Source of the DNA: a virus
Virus record (IMG/VR): IMGVR_UViG_3300025872_000050
Coordinates: 14,348-78,347 of that record
Reading direction: 5' to 3' (one strand)
DNA: 64,000 nucleotides
Shown here in pieces: positions 38,752 to 47,573 of this stretch. Each line of letters begins with the position of its first letter. The first letter of the stretch is position 1. The notes below the pieces were generated by a model. The model worked only from the letters and a program-made list of their open reading frames with translations, was not told the DNA's origin and made no database searches. Both the position numbers and the translations under genes were made by a program.

Positions 38752-39527
38752 GCCTACGAGTGATAGATCGGCTCTCGATGCGCTACCCGGATCTGCTGAA
38801 GGAGGTGCTCGCGAAAGGCGCTGATGTCGAGAGTCGCGTGGGCATGACGCGCGAGCTGATCGCGTACAACCTCGTGCTGACGGAGCCCAAGCACTGCGTC
38901 GTCGATCGCGACGGCTTCAGCCGCGAGTTCATGGACGCTGAGATCGCGATGCTGCTCGCCGGCGTGTACGACAGCGGCATCATCCAGAGCATCTCGCGGA
39001 AGGCGGGAACGCTCATGGCGCCGGCGACGGCTTACGGGCCCCGCATCAAGACGCAGATCTTCTCAGCGAGGAACGAGCTCAGGAACGATCGCTCAAGCCG
39101 ACGAGCCGTCGTCTACGTCGGCCACGCAGACGACCTCTACAACGCCACGACGTCGCCGCTGTGGAAGGGCGAGATGCCCTGCACGATGACGTGGCAGTTC
39201 CTCGTACGAGACGCGAAGCTGCACATGATCGTCAACATGCGGTCGTGGGACCTCGTCTGGGGTCTGTGCTACGACGTGCCGTCGTTCGTCTCAGTCCAGA
39301 AGGCGCTGTCCAGGGACCTCAAGATCCCGATGGGCCACTACTACCACAACGCGGGATCGGCGCACGTGTACGAGCACCATTTCGGCGTCGAAGCTCGGCC
39401 CAACCTGCACGGAAAGCTCAAGCTAGACATCGTCGCGAACGAGCTCGAGCAGACGCGCATGCTCGCGATCGGGCGAGTGTCGAAGCTGCGCGGCACGGCT
39501 CCCCTTCACCGCGAGGACCTTCCGTGA
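38748..39527 (+). CDS. Thymidylate synthase homolog, likely a dCMP hydroxymethylase (or other dCMP C5-modifying enzyme)
   Basis: AYGPRI, SRRAV, MPC, MRSWDLVWGLCYD (Asp at the Asn177/Asp179 specificity position), GSAHVY. Confidence 0.8.
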   Translation: MSLRVIDRLSMRYPDLLKEVLAKGADVESRVGMTRELIAYNLVLTEPKHCVVDRDGFSREFMDAEIAMLLAGVYDSGIIQSISRKAGTLMAPATAYGPRIKTQIFSARNELRNDRSSRRAVVYVGHADDLYNATTSPLWKGEMPCTMTWQFLVRDAKLHMIVNMRSWDLVWGLCYDVPSFVSVQKALSRDLKIPMGHYYHNAGSAHVYEHHFGVEARPNLHGKLKLDIVANELEQTRMLAIGRVSKLRGTAPLHREDLP

Positions 39528-39931
39528 AGAAGCGTCAGCTCCGCTACCTCATGGACATCGCAGACCTCACCGCGGCGATGTCGCGCTGCAAGCGGCTTCA
39601 GGTCGGAGCTGTCCTCGCCAGCGTGGACCTCACCCAGTTCGTCGTCGGCTACAACGGCGGCGTCAAGGGCGGGCCCAACACGTGCCTGCGCGAGGACGAG
39701 GGCGCGTGCGGCTGCGTCCACGCGGAAATGAACGCGATCGCCAAGGCGACCGCCGGCGTGCATCGCGTCGCGATCCTCACGGTATCCCCGTGCGAGCTGT
39801 GCGCGACGCTACTGGCCAACGCAGGCGTGACGCACGTCTACTACCACTACCTCTACCGTGAGAGCCTCAGAGGGATCGAGGCGCTCGATCGGGGCGGAGT
39901 TGTGCGCTTCACGTGGGAGGAAGTGCTGTGA
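39524..39931 (+). CDS. dCMP deaminase
   Basis: SRCKRLQVGA, GYNG, HAEMNA, SPCELC. Confidence 0.9.
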   Translation: MKKRQLRYLMDIADLTAAMSRCKRLQVGAVLASVDLTQFVVGYNGGVKGGPNTCLREDEGACGCVHAEMNAIAKATAGVHRVAILTVSPCELCATLLANAGVTHVYYHYLYRESLRGIEALDRGGVVRFTWEEVL

Positions 39932-41844
39932 ACCTGCTCGAGCAGTTCGACGACTTCGACGCGCGAGAGCTCGTCTCGGCTGATACAGTGCTGCAGCTGT
40001 GGCGCGAAGACCGTCCCGCAGTCGTGGCGCTCGACACGGAGTCTCCCACATGGCGCTGGTACGAGTCCGACGCCGACCCGTTCGCGGTGACGCTCTCGTG
40101 GGGCCGCGACCGCACGTTCTACGTCGTGACCCGCAACGAGGACGCCGTCTACCAGAAGACGCACTACGTGGACGACCCGGGGAACCATCGCATCCGCGAG
40201 GACGCGGCGAAGATGGTCTTCGAGATCTTCAACGACACGCCGACGATCGTCATGCACAACGCGAAGTACGACCTCCACGTCTTCAAGCGCATGTTCGACG
40301 CTCACGGGCTCGAGCTGATGGAGCGCGAGGTGCACGACACGATGATCATGAGCCCGATCCTCAACGAAAAGAGGCACCACGGCCTCAAGGAGCTCTCTAC
40401 GGCGCTCGGGATCAGCTACGACACCGACGGGACTCCCGCCGACTTCTACCGCTCGCAGATCGATGGGTGGCGCGAGTCGCAGGCCAAGGTCGAGGGGCGG
40501 GAGATCCGCTACGACGAGGTCCCGCTTCGGCTCATGGTGCCGTACGCAGTGGGCGACGCCTACCTCACGCTCGCGCTCTTCGCCGAGTTCATGCACGAGA
40601 TGGAGAAGACGTCCGCTCCTCAGTCCAAGCCTTTCGCGGAGCGAGACCTGCCTCGGATCTACGCGACCGAGCTCGATGTCATGTGGGTGCTCTTCTGGGC
40701 AGAGGAGAGAGGCATGCGCATCGACCTCGACTTCGTCAACACGCGCATCGCTGAGCTGACGCCGACCATCGAAGAGATCAGGGTGGAGATGACTCAGCAG
40801 CTCGGCTGGGACATGAACCCCGGCTCGACGGACGATGTCGCGAAGGCGCTGGAGCAGTTCGGCATCAAGGGCGACTGGGTCAACCCGCGCACGGGCAGGG
40901 TCAAGCTTCCAGAGTGGGTTCTCGAGGGCCTCGACCACCCGTTCGCCAAGCGCGTCCTGGAGTACCGTTCCGCGACCAAGATGCTCGGGTCGTACTACGA
41001 GCACCTTGCTCAGCAACATCGCATGATCGGCGAGCTCGCGATCATCAGCTGCAATTTCAAGCAGATGGGCGCACGCACTGGGCGCATGAGCATCACAGAG
41101 CCCGCGCTCCAGACGATCCCGCGCGAGAAGGGCGGGGTGAGAGGGGCGTTCATCGCGCGACCCGGGCATCAGCTCATCTTCGCCGACTTCAAGGCGCAGG
41201 AGCTTCGCGTGCTCGGGCACTACATGGCCAAGGTCGGAGACGACTCCATGCTCCGCATCTTCGAGCAGGACGACCCAGACCCGCATCGCGAGACCGCCGC
41301 AGCGATGTACCGCGTCCGCCCCGAAGAGGTCACCAAGCAGATGCGGGCCGACGGCAAGACGATGAACTTCGCCATCGTCTACGGAGCGGGCCAGCAGAAG
41401 ATCGCGGACATGCTCGGCGTCGAGCTCGACCAAGGCAAGAAGATGCTCTACGCGTTCTACGATCGGTTCCCCGGCATCCGCAAGCTGAAGAGCGCCACCG
41501 AACAGGCCATGCGCGAGCGCGGCTACATCGTCACGGTCTTCGGCCGCAGGCATCGTGAAGAAGAAGGGCGGTTCGCGTACAAGGCTGTGAACTCCCTCGT
41601 CCAGGGGACGTCAGCTGACCAGGCGAAGAGCGCGATGGTGCGACTGCATCGCCGGTTCGAGAAGGACGGCATGCGATCGCGCGTTCTGCTGCAGATCCAC
41701 GACGAAGTCGTGGTCGAATGTCCGGAGGAAGAGCTCGATCTGGCTCGAGAGACGGTCAGAGCAGTCATGTGCGACTGGCCAGAGCTCCTCGTACCCATGG
41801 ATGTGGACATCAACCACGCGACGCGCTGGTCGGACGCAAAGTAA
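39928..41844 (+). CDS. polA: DNA polymerase family A with 3'-5' exonuclease
   Basis: DTE, HNAKYD, RTGRMS..PALQTIPR, ADFKAQELR, KTMNFAIVYG, QGTSAD, QIHDE. Confidence 0.95.
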   Translation: MNLLEQFDDFDARELVSADTVLQLWREDRPAVVALDTESPTWRWYESDADPFAVTLSWGRDRTFYVVTRNEDAVYQKTHYVDDPGNHRIREDAAKMVFEIFNDTPTIVMHNAKYDLHVFKRMFDAHGLELMEREVHDTMIMSPILNEKRHHGLKELSTALGISYDTDGTPADFYRSQIDGWRESQAKVEGREIRYDEVPLRLMVPYAVGDAYLTLALFAEFMHEMEKTSAPQSKPFAERDLPRIYATELDVMWVLFWAEERGMRIDLDFVNTRIAELTPTIEEIRVEMTQQLGWDMNPGSTDDVAKALEQFGIKGDWVNPRTGRVKLPEWVLEGLDHPFAKRVLEYRSATKMLGSYYEHLAQQHRMIGELAIISCNFKQMGARTGRMSITEPALQTIPREKGGVRGAFIARPGHQLIFADFKAQELRVLGHYMAKVGDDSMLRIFEQDDPDPHRETAAAMYRVRPEEVTKQMRADGKTMNFAIVYGAGQQKIADMLGVELDQGKKMLYAFYDRFPGIRKLKSATEQAMRERGYIVTVFGRRHREEEGRFAYKAVNSLVQGTSADQAKSAMVRLHRRFEKDGMRSRVLLQIHDEVVVECPEEELDLARETVRAVMCDWPELLVPMDVDINHATRWSDAK

Positions 41845-41845
41845 G

Positions 41846-41879
41846 ATAATCGGATTCGGTATATTACCGAACCCGTAAA
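41846..41879 (+). promoter_or_regulatory. Motif B copy with an inverted repeat (TTCGGTA-tat-TACCGAA) followed by CCCGTAA
   Basis: Intergenic; matches the 9815 and 26888 copies. Confidence 0.5.
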
Positions 41880-41903
41880 CTCAAGATCTTGGAGGATCGC
41901 TCA

Positions 41904-42083
41904 GTGGCACGCAACACACTTCAGAACCGCATGGAGATCCTGCACGACCGGCTGGAGAAGGCGAACTTGAAGCATCGACGTCGAGTGCTCGCCATCTCAG
42001 ATGACTATCAGACCAAGCTGAACGCAGAGCGCGCGAGGCACGCAGCGGAAGTGAGCAAGATCCGTGAACGGCTACGCGACTAG
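41904..42083 (+). CDS. Small coiled-coil hypothetical protein
   Basis: GTG after GGAGG. Confidence 0.5.
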   Translation: MARNTLQNRMEILHDRLEKANLKHRRRVLAISDDYQTKLNAERARHAAEVSKIRERLRD

Positions 42084-42510
42084 CACGCACGTGCCGATCG
42101 ACGCGCGCATGCTCGCGATCGATCCCGGCGACGTTCACGTCGGGGTGTCGTGCTGGGCCAACCGAAGATGGCAGTACGCTGAAGAACTGACTCAAGCTCA
42201 ACTATGGGAGGTGATCACCGGGTGGCGACCTACGTTGATCGTCTTGGAGCGCTTCCACCTCTATCCGTGGATGGCGAAGACGCAGTCGTTCTCCACGATG
42301 CCTACGTCTCAGCTGATCGGGGCGATCAAGCGCACGGCCGAGGTCAACGGGATCCACTTGGTGGAGCAGCAGACGCAGGTGCTCAACCTCACGCGCAAGA
42401 CGCCCTACTACAAGAACCACATCGCAGAGCACGGGAAGCCGTGGTCGGAGCACGCGGAGAGCGCGCTGCTCCATGGCCTGTACTACCTCAACCTGGGGAA
42501 GGGGTCGTGA
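42064..42510 (+). CDS. RuvC-like Holliday junction resolvase
   Basis: LAIDPG..HVG, IVLERF, H..SA..H. Confidence 0.75.
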   Translation: MNGYATSTHVPIDARMLAIDPGDVHVGVSCWANRRWQYAEELTQAQLWEVITGWRPTLIVLERFHLYPWMAKTQSFSTMPTSQLIGAIKRTAEVNGIHLVEQQTQVLNLTRKTPYYKNHIAEHGKPWSEHAESALLHGLYYLNLGKGS

Positions 42511-43127
42511 CCAACGAGCTTCCAACACAGATGCCTTGTGGGCATTGCGGCTACAAGCATCACAAGAAGTCCGGCTGGCTGAAGTACTACGTCGGAGCTC
42601 TCGTCTGCCCGCGTTACGTGTCCCTGTTGCTTGAAGAGGTGGAGAGCTGGGGCATGCCCTTTCCAGCGACGGTGAAGCCGGGCAGGGAGCACAACCTCAA
42701 GAAGTGCAACGCTCCGGAGGACAAGTTCTGCGCCCACAAGGGGACGCCTGACGATCGCGGCATCAAGCGCTGCCTCTCGCCTGACGGGTTCAGCGCTGGG
42801 ATCAGGGCTGAGAACAAGCTCAAGATCTTGGACAACGGCGAGGTCGATCGCAACGACGCCCTGCAGTGCGAGCACATCGGGACGTTCGTCCGCCAGCGCG
42901 TCAAGCCTAGTGGCATCCGCGCACGACCGCACGGTTCCAAGAACCACAAGGTCTATGAGGGCAACCTGATGCCGTCGAGCGGAGACGCGAGGAAGTCGCT
43001 CGTGTACCGCGAGCTGTGGCGCCGGATCGAGTACCTCAAGATGCATAACATCGCCCCGACCCCTGAGCGCATCGCGTTCCTCGCAGGACATGCAGCCTGG
43101 AAGAAGGGCGACGTCCACGTTGACTAA
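42507..43127 (+). CDS. Cys/His-rich hypothetical protein
   Basis: GTGA overlap; several Cys/His clusters. Confidence 0.5.
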   Translation: MTNELPTQMPCGHCGYKHHKKSGWLKYYVGALVCPRYVSLLLEEVESWGMPFPATVKPGREHNLKKCNAPEDKFCAHKGTPDDRGIKRCLSPDGFSAGIRAENKLKILDNGEVDRNDALQCEHIGTFVRQRVKPSGIRARPHGSKNHKVYEGNLMPSSGDARKSLVYRELWRRIEYLKMHNIAPTPERIAFLAGHAAWKKGDVHVD

Positions 43128-43515
43128 GTTCCAGCCGAACGACTACCGCGTCCGCGACTACGAGATCGTCGAAGCGGAGCCGCTTGGAGAGATCCTGCGA
43201 GCGTGGATCGTCAGGTACCTCGCTGCTCGTCCGGCCAAAGCGATGGCCGTGACCACTGACCCAGACTACTCCACACCGGTGGCCCACTTCGGGCCGATCC
43301 AGTGGCTCTCGTTCCACACAGGCATCCACATCAAGCGCACGAGCGAGATCTGCAACTCCAAGCTCGAGTTCGTCACCTTCAGCGAAGCGGACAAGCTCCT
43401 CACCGCGATCGGCGAGGAGCACCACCTACGCGAGGGCACCGTCGAGGTCTTCCCCAACCCGCACCTGTCTCGGGAGGAGTACGAGCGCCGGCGCGCCGAG
43501 CGCGGCTGCGCCTAG
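43120..43515 (+). CDS. Hypothetical protein, possible HTH
   Basis: LSFHTGIHIKRTSEI..ADKLL. Confidence 0.5.
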   Translation: MTKFQPNDYRVRDYEIVEAEPLGEILRAWIVRYLAARPAKAMAVTTDPDYSTPVAHFGPIQWLSFHTGIHIKRTSEICNSKLEFVTFSEADKLLTAIGEEHHLREGTVEVFPNPHLSREEYERRRAERGCA

Positions 43516-43518
43516 CCC

Positions 43519-43580
43519 TGTCTTTTTCCCTCCGAAAAGTATACAATACTAGTGTCCTGAAAATCCCTGCCCGAAGGGAG
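43519..43580 (+). promoter_or_regulatory. Class A promoter (AGTA-TACAAT) plus variant start hairpin TCCCT-GCCCGA-AGGGA
   Basis: -10 at 43542-47; hairpin at 43564-79. Confidence 0.65.
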
Positions 43581-43585
43581 TTGCT

Positions 43586-44050
43586 TTGATCATCGGCTTC
43601 ACAGGAACACAACAGGGTCTCAGCTTCGAGCAGCGCGAGACGCTCGCGGACGTGCTGGAAAACTCCGACTTCGACATCGCGATGCACGGCGACTGCATCG
43701 GAGCAGATCGCGACTTCCACGACATCGTCAGGAACCTCGACTTCGACGTCAAGGTCGTGGTCTTCCCGTCGAACATCGAGGGGAAGCGCGCGTTCTGCGA
43801 CGCCGACTCCGTCATGGACTCCGCCGACCCGCTCGTCCGCAACGCAGCGATCGCCCAGCTCTGCGACACGCTGATCGCGTGTCCCAAGGAGTTCAGCGAG
43901 GTCTTGCGATCCGGGACATGGGCCACAGTCCGCTACGCGATGAAGGCCCAGAAGACGATCGTGCTGATCCTCCCGGACGGCGTGCCGATCCTCTGCGTGG
44001 CCGCCGAGCCGATCGCCGCATCGATCGCGCGACAGGCGAGGTTGAACTGA
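43586..44050 (+). CDS. SLOG/DprA-like Rossmann-fold protein
   Basis: IGFTGT, HGDCIGAD, RN, SGTWATVRYA. Confidence 0.7.
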   Translation: MIIGFTGTQQGLSFEQRETLADVLENSDFDIAMHGDCIGADRDFHDIVRNLDFDVKVVVFPSNIEGKRAFCDADSVMDSADPLVRNAAIAQLCDTLIACPKEFSEVLRSGTWATVRYAMKAQKTIVLILPDGVPILCVAAEPIAASIARQARLN

Positions 44051-44505
44051 TGCTGCTTCAGGAGATCCTCCTCGGCGGTCATCCTCACGGAGCGACCGAA
44101 CAGTGGCAGATGCTCGTCGGCTGCATCCTGCTCAACCAGACGTCGCGCGCTCAGGTGGACGGCGTCTACCCCGAGCTGTTCCGGTACTTCCCCGGGCCCT
44201 ACTCGGTCGAAGACCTGACCGACGAGGAGCTCGCCTCGCTGGCCATCATCATCAAGCCGCTCGGGCTCCAGAACGTACGGGCGCTTCGGCTGCGGCAGTT
44301 CTCAGCGCGCTGGATCGACACCATCGACATCCGCGAGCACGACATCGAGACGATGCCGCTGACCGACTGGGAGCTGCGCCAGCTGCCGGGGATCGGAGAC
44401 TACGCCGTCGACAGCTACGCGATCTTCGTCCGTGGCGAGCTCGACCGTCAGCCGCAGGACAAGGAGCTCAAGCGGTACCTGGCCGGTGTACAGAGCTCGC
44501 GTTGA
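44050..44505 (+). CDS. HhH-GPD DNA glycosylase (MBD4-like)
   Basis: WQMLVGCILLNQT, PLGLQNVRA, LPGIGDYAVDSY, PQDKEL. Confidence 0.85.
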   Translation: MLLQEILLGGHPHGATEQWQMLVGCILLNQTSRAQVDGVYPELFRYFPGPYSVEDLTDEELASLAIIIKPLGLQNVRALRLRQFSARWIDTIDIREHDIETMPLTDWELRQLPGIGDYAVDSYAIFVRGELDRQPQDKELKRYLAGVQSSR

Positions 44506-44544
44506 AGTATACAATGTAACTATACAGTCCCTCGCCCGAGGAGG
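44487..44544 (+). promoter_or_regulatory. Class A promoter (TGTACA-N17-TACAAT) plus CCTCGCCCGAGGAGG
   Basis: -35 at 44487-92, -10 at 44510-15, 15-mer at 44530-44. Confidence 0.75.
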
Positions 44545-44549
44545 TGAAG

Positions 44550-44978
44550 TTGCAGACAGACGTCAAGAGCTGCCCCGTCTGCGGCAAGCATCATCGCCGC
44601 GATACATGGGTGTTCCCCACGGTCATGAACCGCCGATGCAACGAGCTGTTCATGCGTCGTCGAGAGCGGGTCGCCGACGAGCCTTTCGGCCACCGCGGAC
44701 ATCCGCTCAGCAACGAGAAGGATCGCGCAGCGTACATCGCCGAACGGCTCGGAGTCCTGGTCGAGCGCCTCGAGCGCGAGGGCCTGACCGAGAAGGAGGC
44801 GATCGCGTTCATCGCCGGCGCAGCGTTCGAGGCTGCGGCGCTGACCGGCGAGACGTGGCACGACGCGCAGGGCTGCATCAGAACGATCAACGGCCTGCTG
44901 TTCGAGGCCAGGGCTGCACGGACGTGGTCGATGGACGCCATCGAGCTGGCCATCGGCTCCATCTGGGAGATCATCTAA
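44550..44978 (+). CDS. Hypothetical protein (TTG start)
   Basis: SD spacing favours TTG 44550; CPVC near the N-terminus. Confidence 0.6.
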   Translation: MQTDVKSCPVCGKHHRRDTWVFPTVMNRRCNELFMRRRERVADEPFGHRGHPLSNEKDRAAYIAERLGVLVERLEREGLTEKEAIAFIAGAAFEAAALTGETWHDAQGCIRTINGLLFEARAARTWSMDAIELAIGSIWEII

Positions 44979-44992
44979 CACTCAAAGGAGTG

Positions 44993-45337
44993 ATGCTTGT
45001 GTCGTTCTACATCGGCAACACATCGGTCTTCGTCGACAGCGTCACGGGCCTGGTCTTCGGCCCGCTGTTCACGGACGAGGACGAGGCGGAGGACTTCGTC
45101 AAGTGGCTGGAGGCCTGCTGCGAGCAGGGCGAGGGCTACCGCGACGACGTCGCGCGCTACCTCATCAACAGCGACCCCCGCTCGCTCGACGGCCACGTGG
45201 ACTGGTCGGCGCTGAAGGCCGCCTACGACAAGGCGGCAGAGGCCGGGGTGACGCCCATGACCGAGAGCGGCGAGCGGGTCATCACCGAGGACCCCTACCC
45301 CGGTGCGATCGTCCGCTACGCGACTCCGGAGCACTGA
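44993..45337 (+). CDS. Hypothetical protein
   Basis: AAAGGAG SD; FGPLF..EDEAEDF. Confidence 0.6.
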   Translation: MLVSFYIGNTSVFVDSVTGLVFGPLFTDEDEAEDFVKWLEACCEQGEGYRDDVARYLINSDPRSLDGHVDWSALKAAYDKAAEAGVTPMTESGERVITEDPYPGAIVRYATPEH

Positions 45338-45338
45338 C

Positions 45339-45701
45339 ATGGACACCATCGACGTCGATGTCACCTGCCCGTTCTGCCAGAAGCAGAGCACCCTCACCGT
45401 CTCGGCCGAGGGCTACAACAAGTGGGGCACGGGAACGCTGATCCAGGAGGCGTTCCCCGAGCTCGGGCCGTCCGAGCGCGAGGGCCTCATGACCGGGATC
45501 TGCGGCCCGTGCTGGGACAAGATGTGGGCCGAAGACGATGACGAGCCCGAGACGCTCGACCTGACAGACCTGGTCGAGCGCGGCGCCGCCGGTCGCGCCA
45601 AGCGCTTCGTGGAGTCCGGGTTCGACACGCGCGTGTTGACCGAGGGCATGATCGACAGCGGAGCGGCGGACCTCGCACGCGACATCGCGAGGGGCAAGTG
45701 A
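45339..45701 (+). CDS. Zinc-finger phage protein
   Basis: CPFC...IQEAFP...RE.LMTGIC..CWD. Confidence 0.65.
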   Translation: MDTIDVDVTCPFCQKQSTLTVSAEGYNKWGTGTLIQEAFPELGPSEREGLMTGICGPCWDKMWAEDDDEPETLDLTDLVERGAAGRAKRFVESGFDTRVLTEGMIDSGAADLARDIARGK

Positions 45702-46198
45702 ACGTCCTCTTCATCGGCGACTCGCTCATGGTCGGCGCCGAGCCGCTGATCCAGCTGAACGCCTCACGACGTGCGGTCGACTCGAGGGTCGGCCGCAACG
45801 TCGGCGAGGGGCTTCGCGAGGTCGTCAAGTTCCGCGGCATCCCGTGGGACTTCGTGCTCGTCAGCCTCGGGACCAACGACTGGTACCTGAACACGCCCTC
45901 GTGGTTCGACAGCCAGCTGATGCGGATGCGGACGATCGTCGGCCCGCATCCCGTCATCGTCTGGAGCACGATCCACCGCCCCCTCGCGGATTCGACCAAC
46001 GGCTACACGCACTGGAACGCCGCGCTGAGGAAGCGCGCCAAGGGCTCCTCGGGCCACTTCAGAGTGGCGGACTGGTCGCATGAGCTGGCCAAGGAGGCAT
46101 CACCTGACAAGTCGCTGCTGAGCAAGGACGGAGTCCACCCGAACAAGGCCGGGTACGCCGTGCTCGCGAAGCTCTTCAGAGAGGCGGTGCTGCTGTGA
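45698..46198 (+). CDS. SGNH/GDSL hydrolase
   Basis: GDSL, LGTND and DGVHP blocks. Confidence 0.85.
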   Translation: MNVLFIGDSLMVGAEPLIQLNASRRAVDSRVGRNVGEGLREVVKFRGIPWDFVLVSLGTNDWYLNTPSWFDSQLMRMRTIVGPHPVIVWSTIHRPLADSTNGYTHWNAALRKRAKGSSGHFRVADWSHELAKEASPDKSLLSKDGVHPNKAGYAVLAKLFREAVLL

Positions 46199-46467
46199 GA
46201 CGCCGCATGCAGATCGACCTCCACGACTTCGACGTCTACTCCGCCGAGACTGACGACAAGAAGACGCTCCGCCTGAGGATCTCCTGTCGATGGTGGAAGC
46301 GCGGGACGGTGAGCGTCTACATGGACACCGCGCAAGCGGAGAAGCTCGCCGTCTCGCTGCTGGAAGTCTCCGGCAGCGAGAAGCGCGTCGCGTACTGGGA
46401 CGGCACAGGAAGAGGCCATCGAACCGGGTGGCTCCCGGTTCCAAGAAAGGGGACACAGCATGGGTGA
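46195..46467 (+). CDS. Hypothetical protein
   Basis: GTGA overlap with the upstream gene. Confidence 0.45.
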   Translation: MRRRMQIDLHDFDVYSAETDDKKTLRLRISCRWWKRGTVSVYMDTAQAEKLAVSLLEVSGSEKRVAYWDGTGRGHRTGWLPVPRKGTQHG

Positions 46468-47113
46468 GTTGAGGGGCAAGCAGATCCCCGCCAAGGAGAT
46501 CGCGGCGCTCTGTTGGGCGCGAGGCTGGAAGGACTCGATAGACCTCGTCACGATCGTCGCGGTCTGCCTCAGCGAGTCGCAGGGGTACCAGCGCGCGTAC
46601 AACGACAACATCGACAAGGTGACGGGCGAGGTCAAGAGCCGCGACTGTGGCATCTTCCAGATCAACATCCCGGCATCGCAGATCGGCACCGAGGAAGAGG
46701 AGCAGCTCTACGCCGACCTCGAGTACAACGTCGACCGCGCGTACCGCCTCTTCGAGCGGCGCGGCTTCCAGCCGTGGTACGCGTGGACGCTGCGCGTCTA
46801 CCTCCGCGACGGCTACATCGAGCGCGCGAGCCGCGGCGTCGGCAACTTCCTGGCTGAGATGCTCCTGATGGAGGAGCCCACCGACACGCTCAAGAAGGAC
46901 GAGAACGGCAACCCCGTCCCGTACGTCCACAAGTACGAGCTCGGCAAGCCGGTGCTCAACTTCCAGCGCCGTGTCGAGGTGCTCGCCGGCACCTGCGAGA
47001 GGGCGATCACGATGGCGAAGGCGATCAAGCCGATCGCCCCTCCCGCCGTGGACGCCAAGATCGACGAGCTGGTGCGCATGATCACCATCGGACGGAACGA
47101 GGCCAAGAAGTGA
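46460..47113 (+). CDS. Lysozyme-like / lytic transglycosylase (SLT-type)
   Basis: AVCLSESQG (catalytic Glu), GIFQIN, GFQPW. Confidence 0.8.
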   Translation: MGELRGKQIPAKEIAALCWARGWKDSIDLVTIVAVCLSESQGYQRAYNDNIDKVTGEVKSRDCGIFQINIPASQIGTEEEEQLYADLEYNVDRAYRLFERRGFQPWYAWTLRVYLRDGYIERASRGVGNFLAEMLLMEEPTDTLKKDENGNPVPYVHKYELGKPVLNFQRRVEVLAGTCERAITMAKAIKPIAPPAVDAKIDELVRMITIGRNEAKK

Positions 47114-47268
47114 TCCACCACGACGACGTCTGGAACGAAGACATGGACGAGCTCGAGTGGAGCGACTGCTACCGCACCAACTGGGGCTTGATCCTCGCCA
47201 TGCTCATCGTCGTGGCCATGTGGACGTTGGTGGGCTTCGGGATCTGGGCAGCGTTCAAGTACTCATGA
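47110..47268 (+). CDS. Small membrane protein
   Basis: One hydrophobic helix (WGLILAMLIVVAMWTLVGFGIW); overlap-coupled at both ends. Confidence 0.5.
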   Translation: MIHHDDVWNEDMDELEWSDCYRTNWGLILAMLIVVAMWTLVGFGIWAAFKYS

Positions 47269-47573
47269 GCCCGCTGAGCCGCCCGACACTGCGTCCGACA
47301 CCGTTCACCGAGGTCGTGGCGATCATGGACGTGTCCCCGGTCAACATGACCTCCGGAGACAAGGTCGAGGTGGTCGGCCACGTAGCGGGTCAGCCGTTCA
47401 AGACTGAGCGCTTCGCGTCTGGAGACATGCACGTCGACTGCGCGATCATCGTCCGCACCAAGAAGGGAGCTCTCGTCCCAGTCCCGACTTCGAAGACGAC
47501 GACTGACGGGATTCCCTACCGGCAGCTTAGGCAACCGATCGCGTGGCCTCCTCCGGGAAGCGTGTCGTACTGA
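47265..47573 (+). CDS. Hypothetical protein
   Basis: ATGA overlap with the upstream gene. Confidence 0.5.
   Translation: MSPLSRPTLRPTPFTEVVAIMDVSPVNMTSGDKVEVVGHVAGQPFKTERFASGDMHVDCAIIVRTKKGALVPVPTSKTTTDGIPYRQLRQPIAWPPPGSVSY

Noticed and set aside
38748-39527. Ordinary thymidylate synthase (thyA)
   Set aside because: It has Asp rather than Asn at the pyrimidine-specificity position and sits with GTs and a dCTPase, so it was not labelled thyA. This still needs biochemical confirmation.
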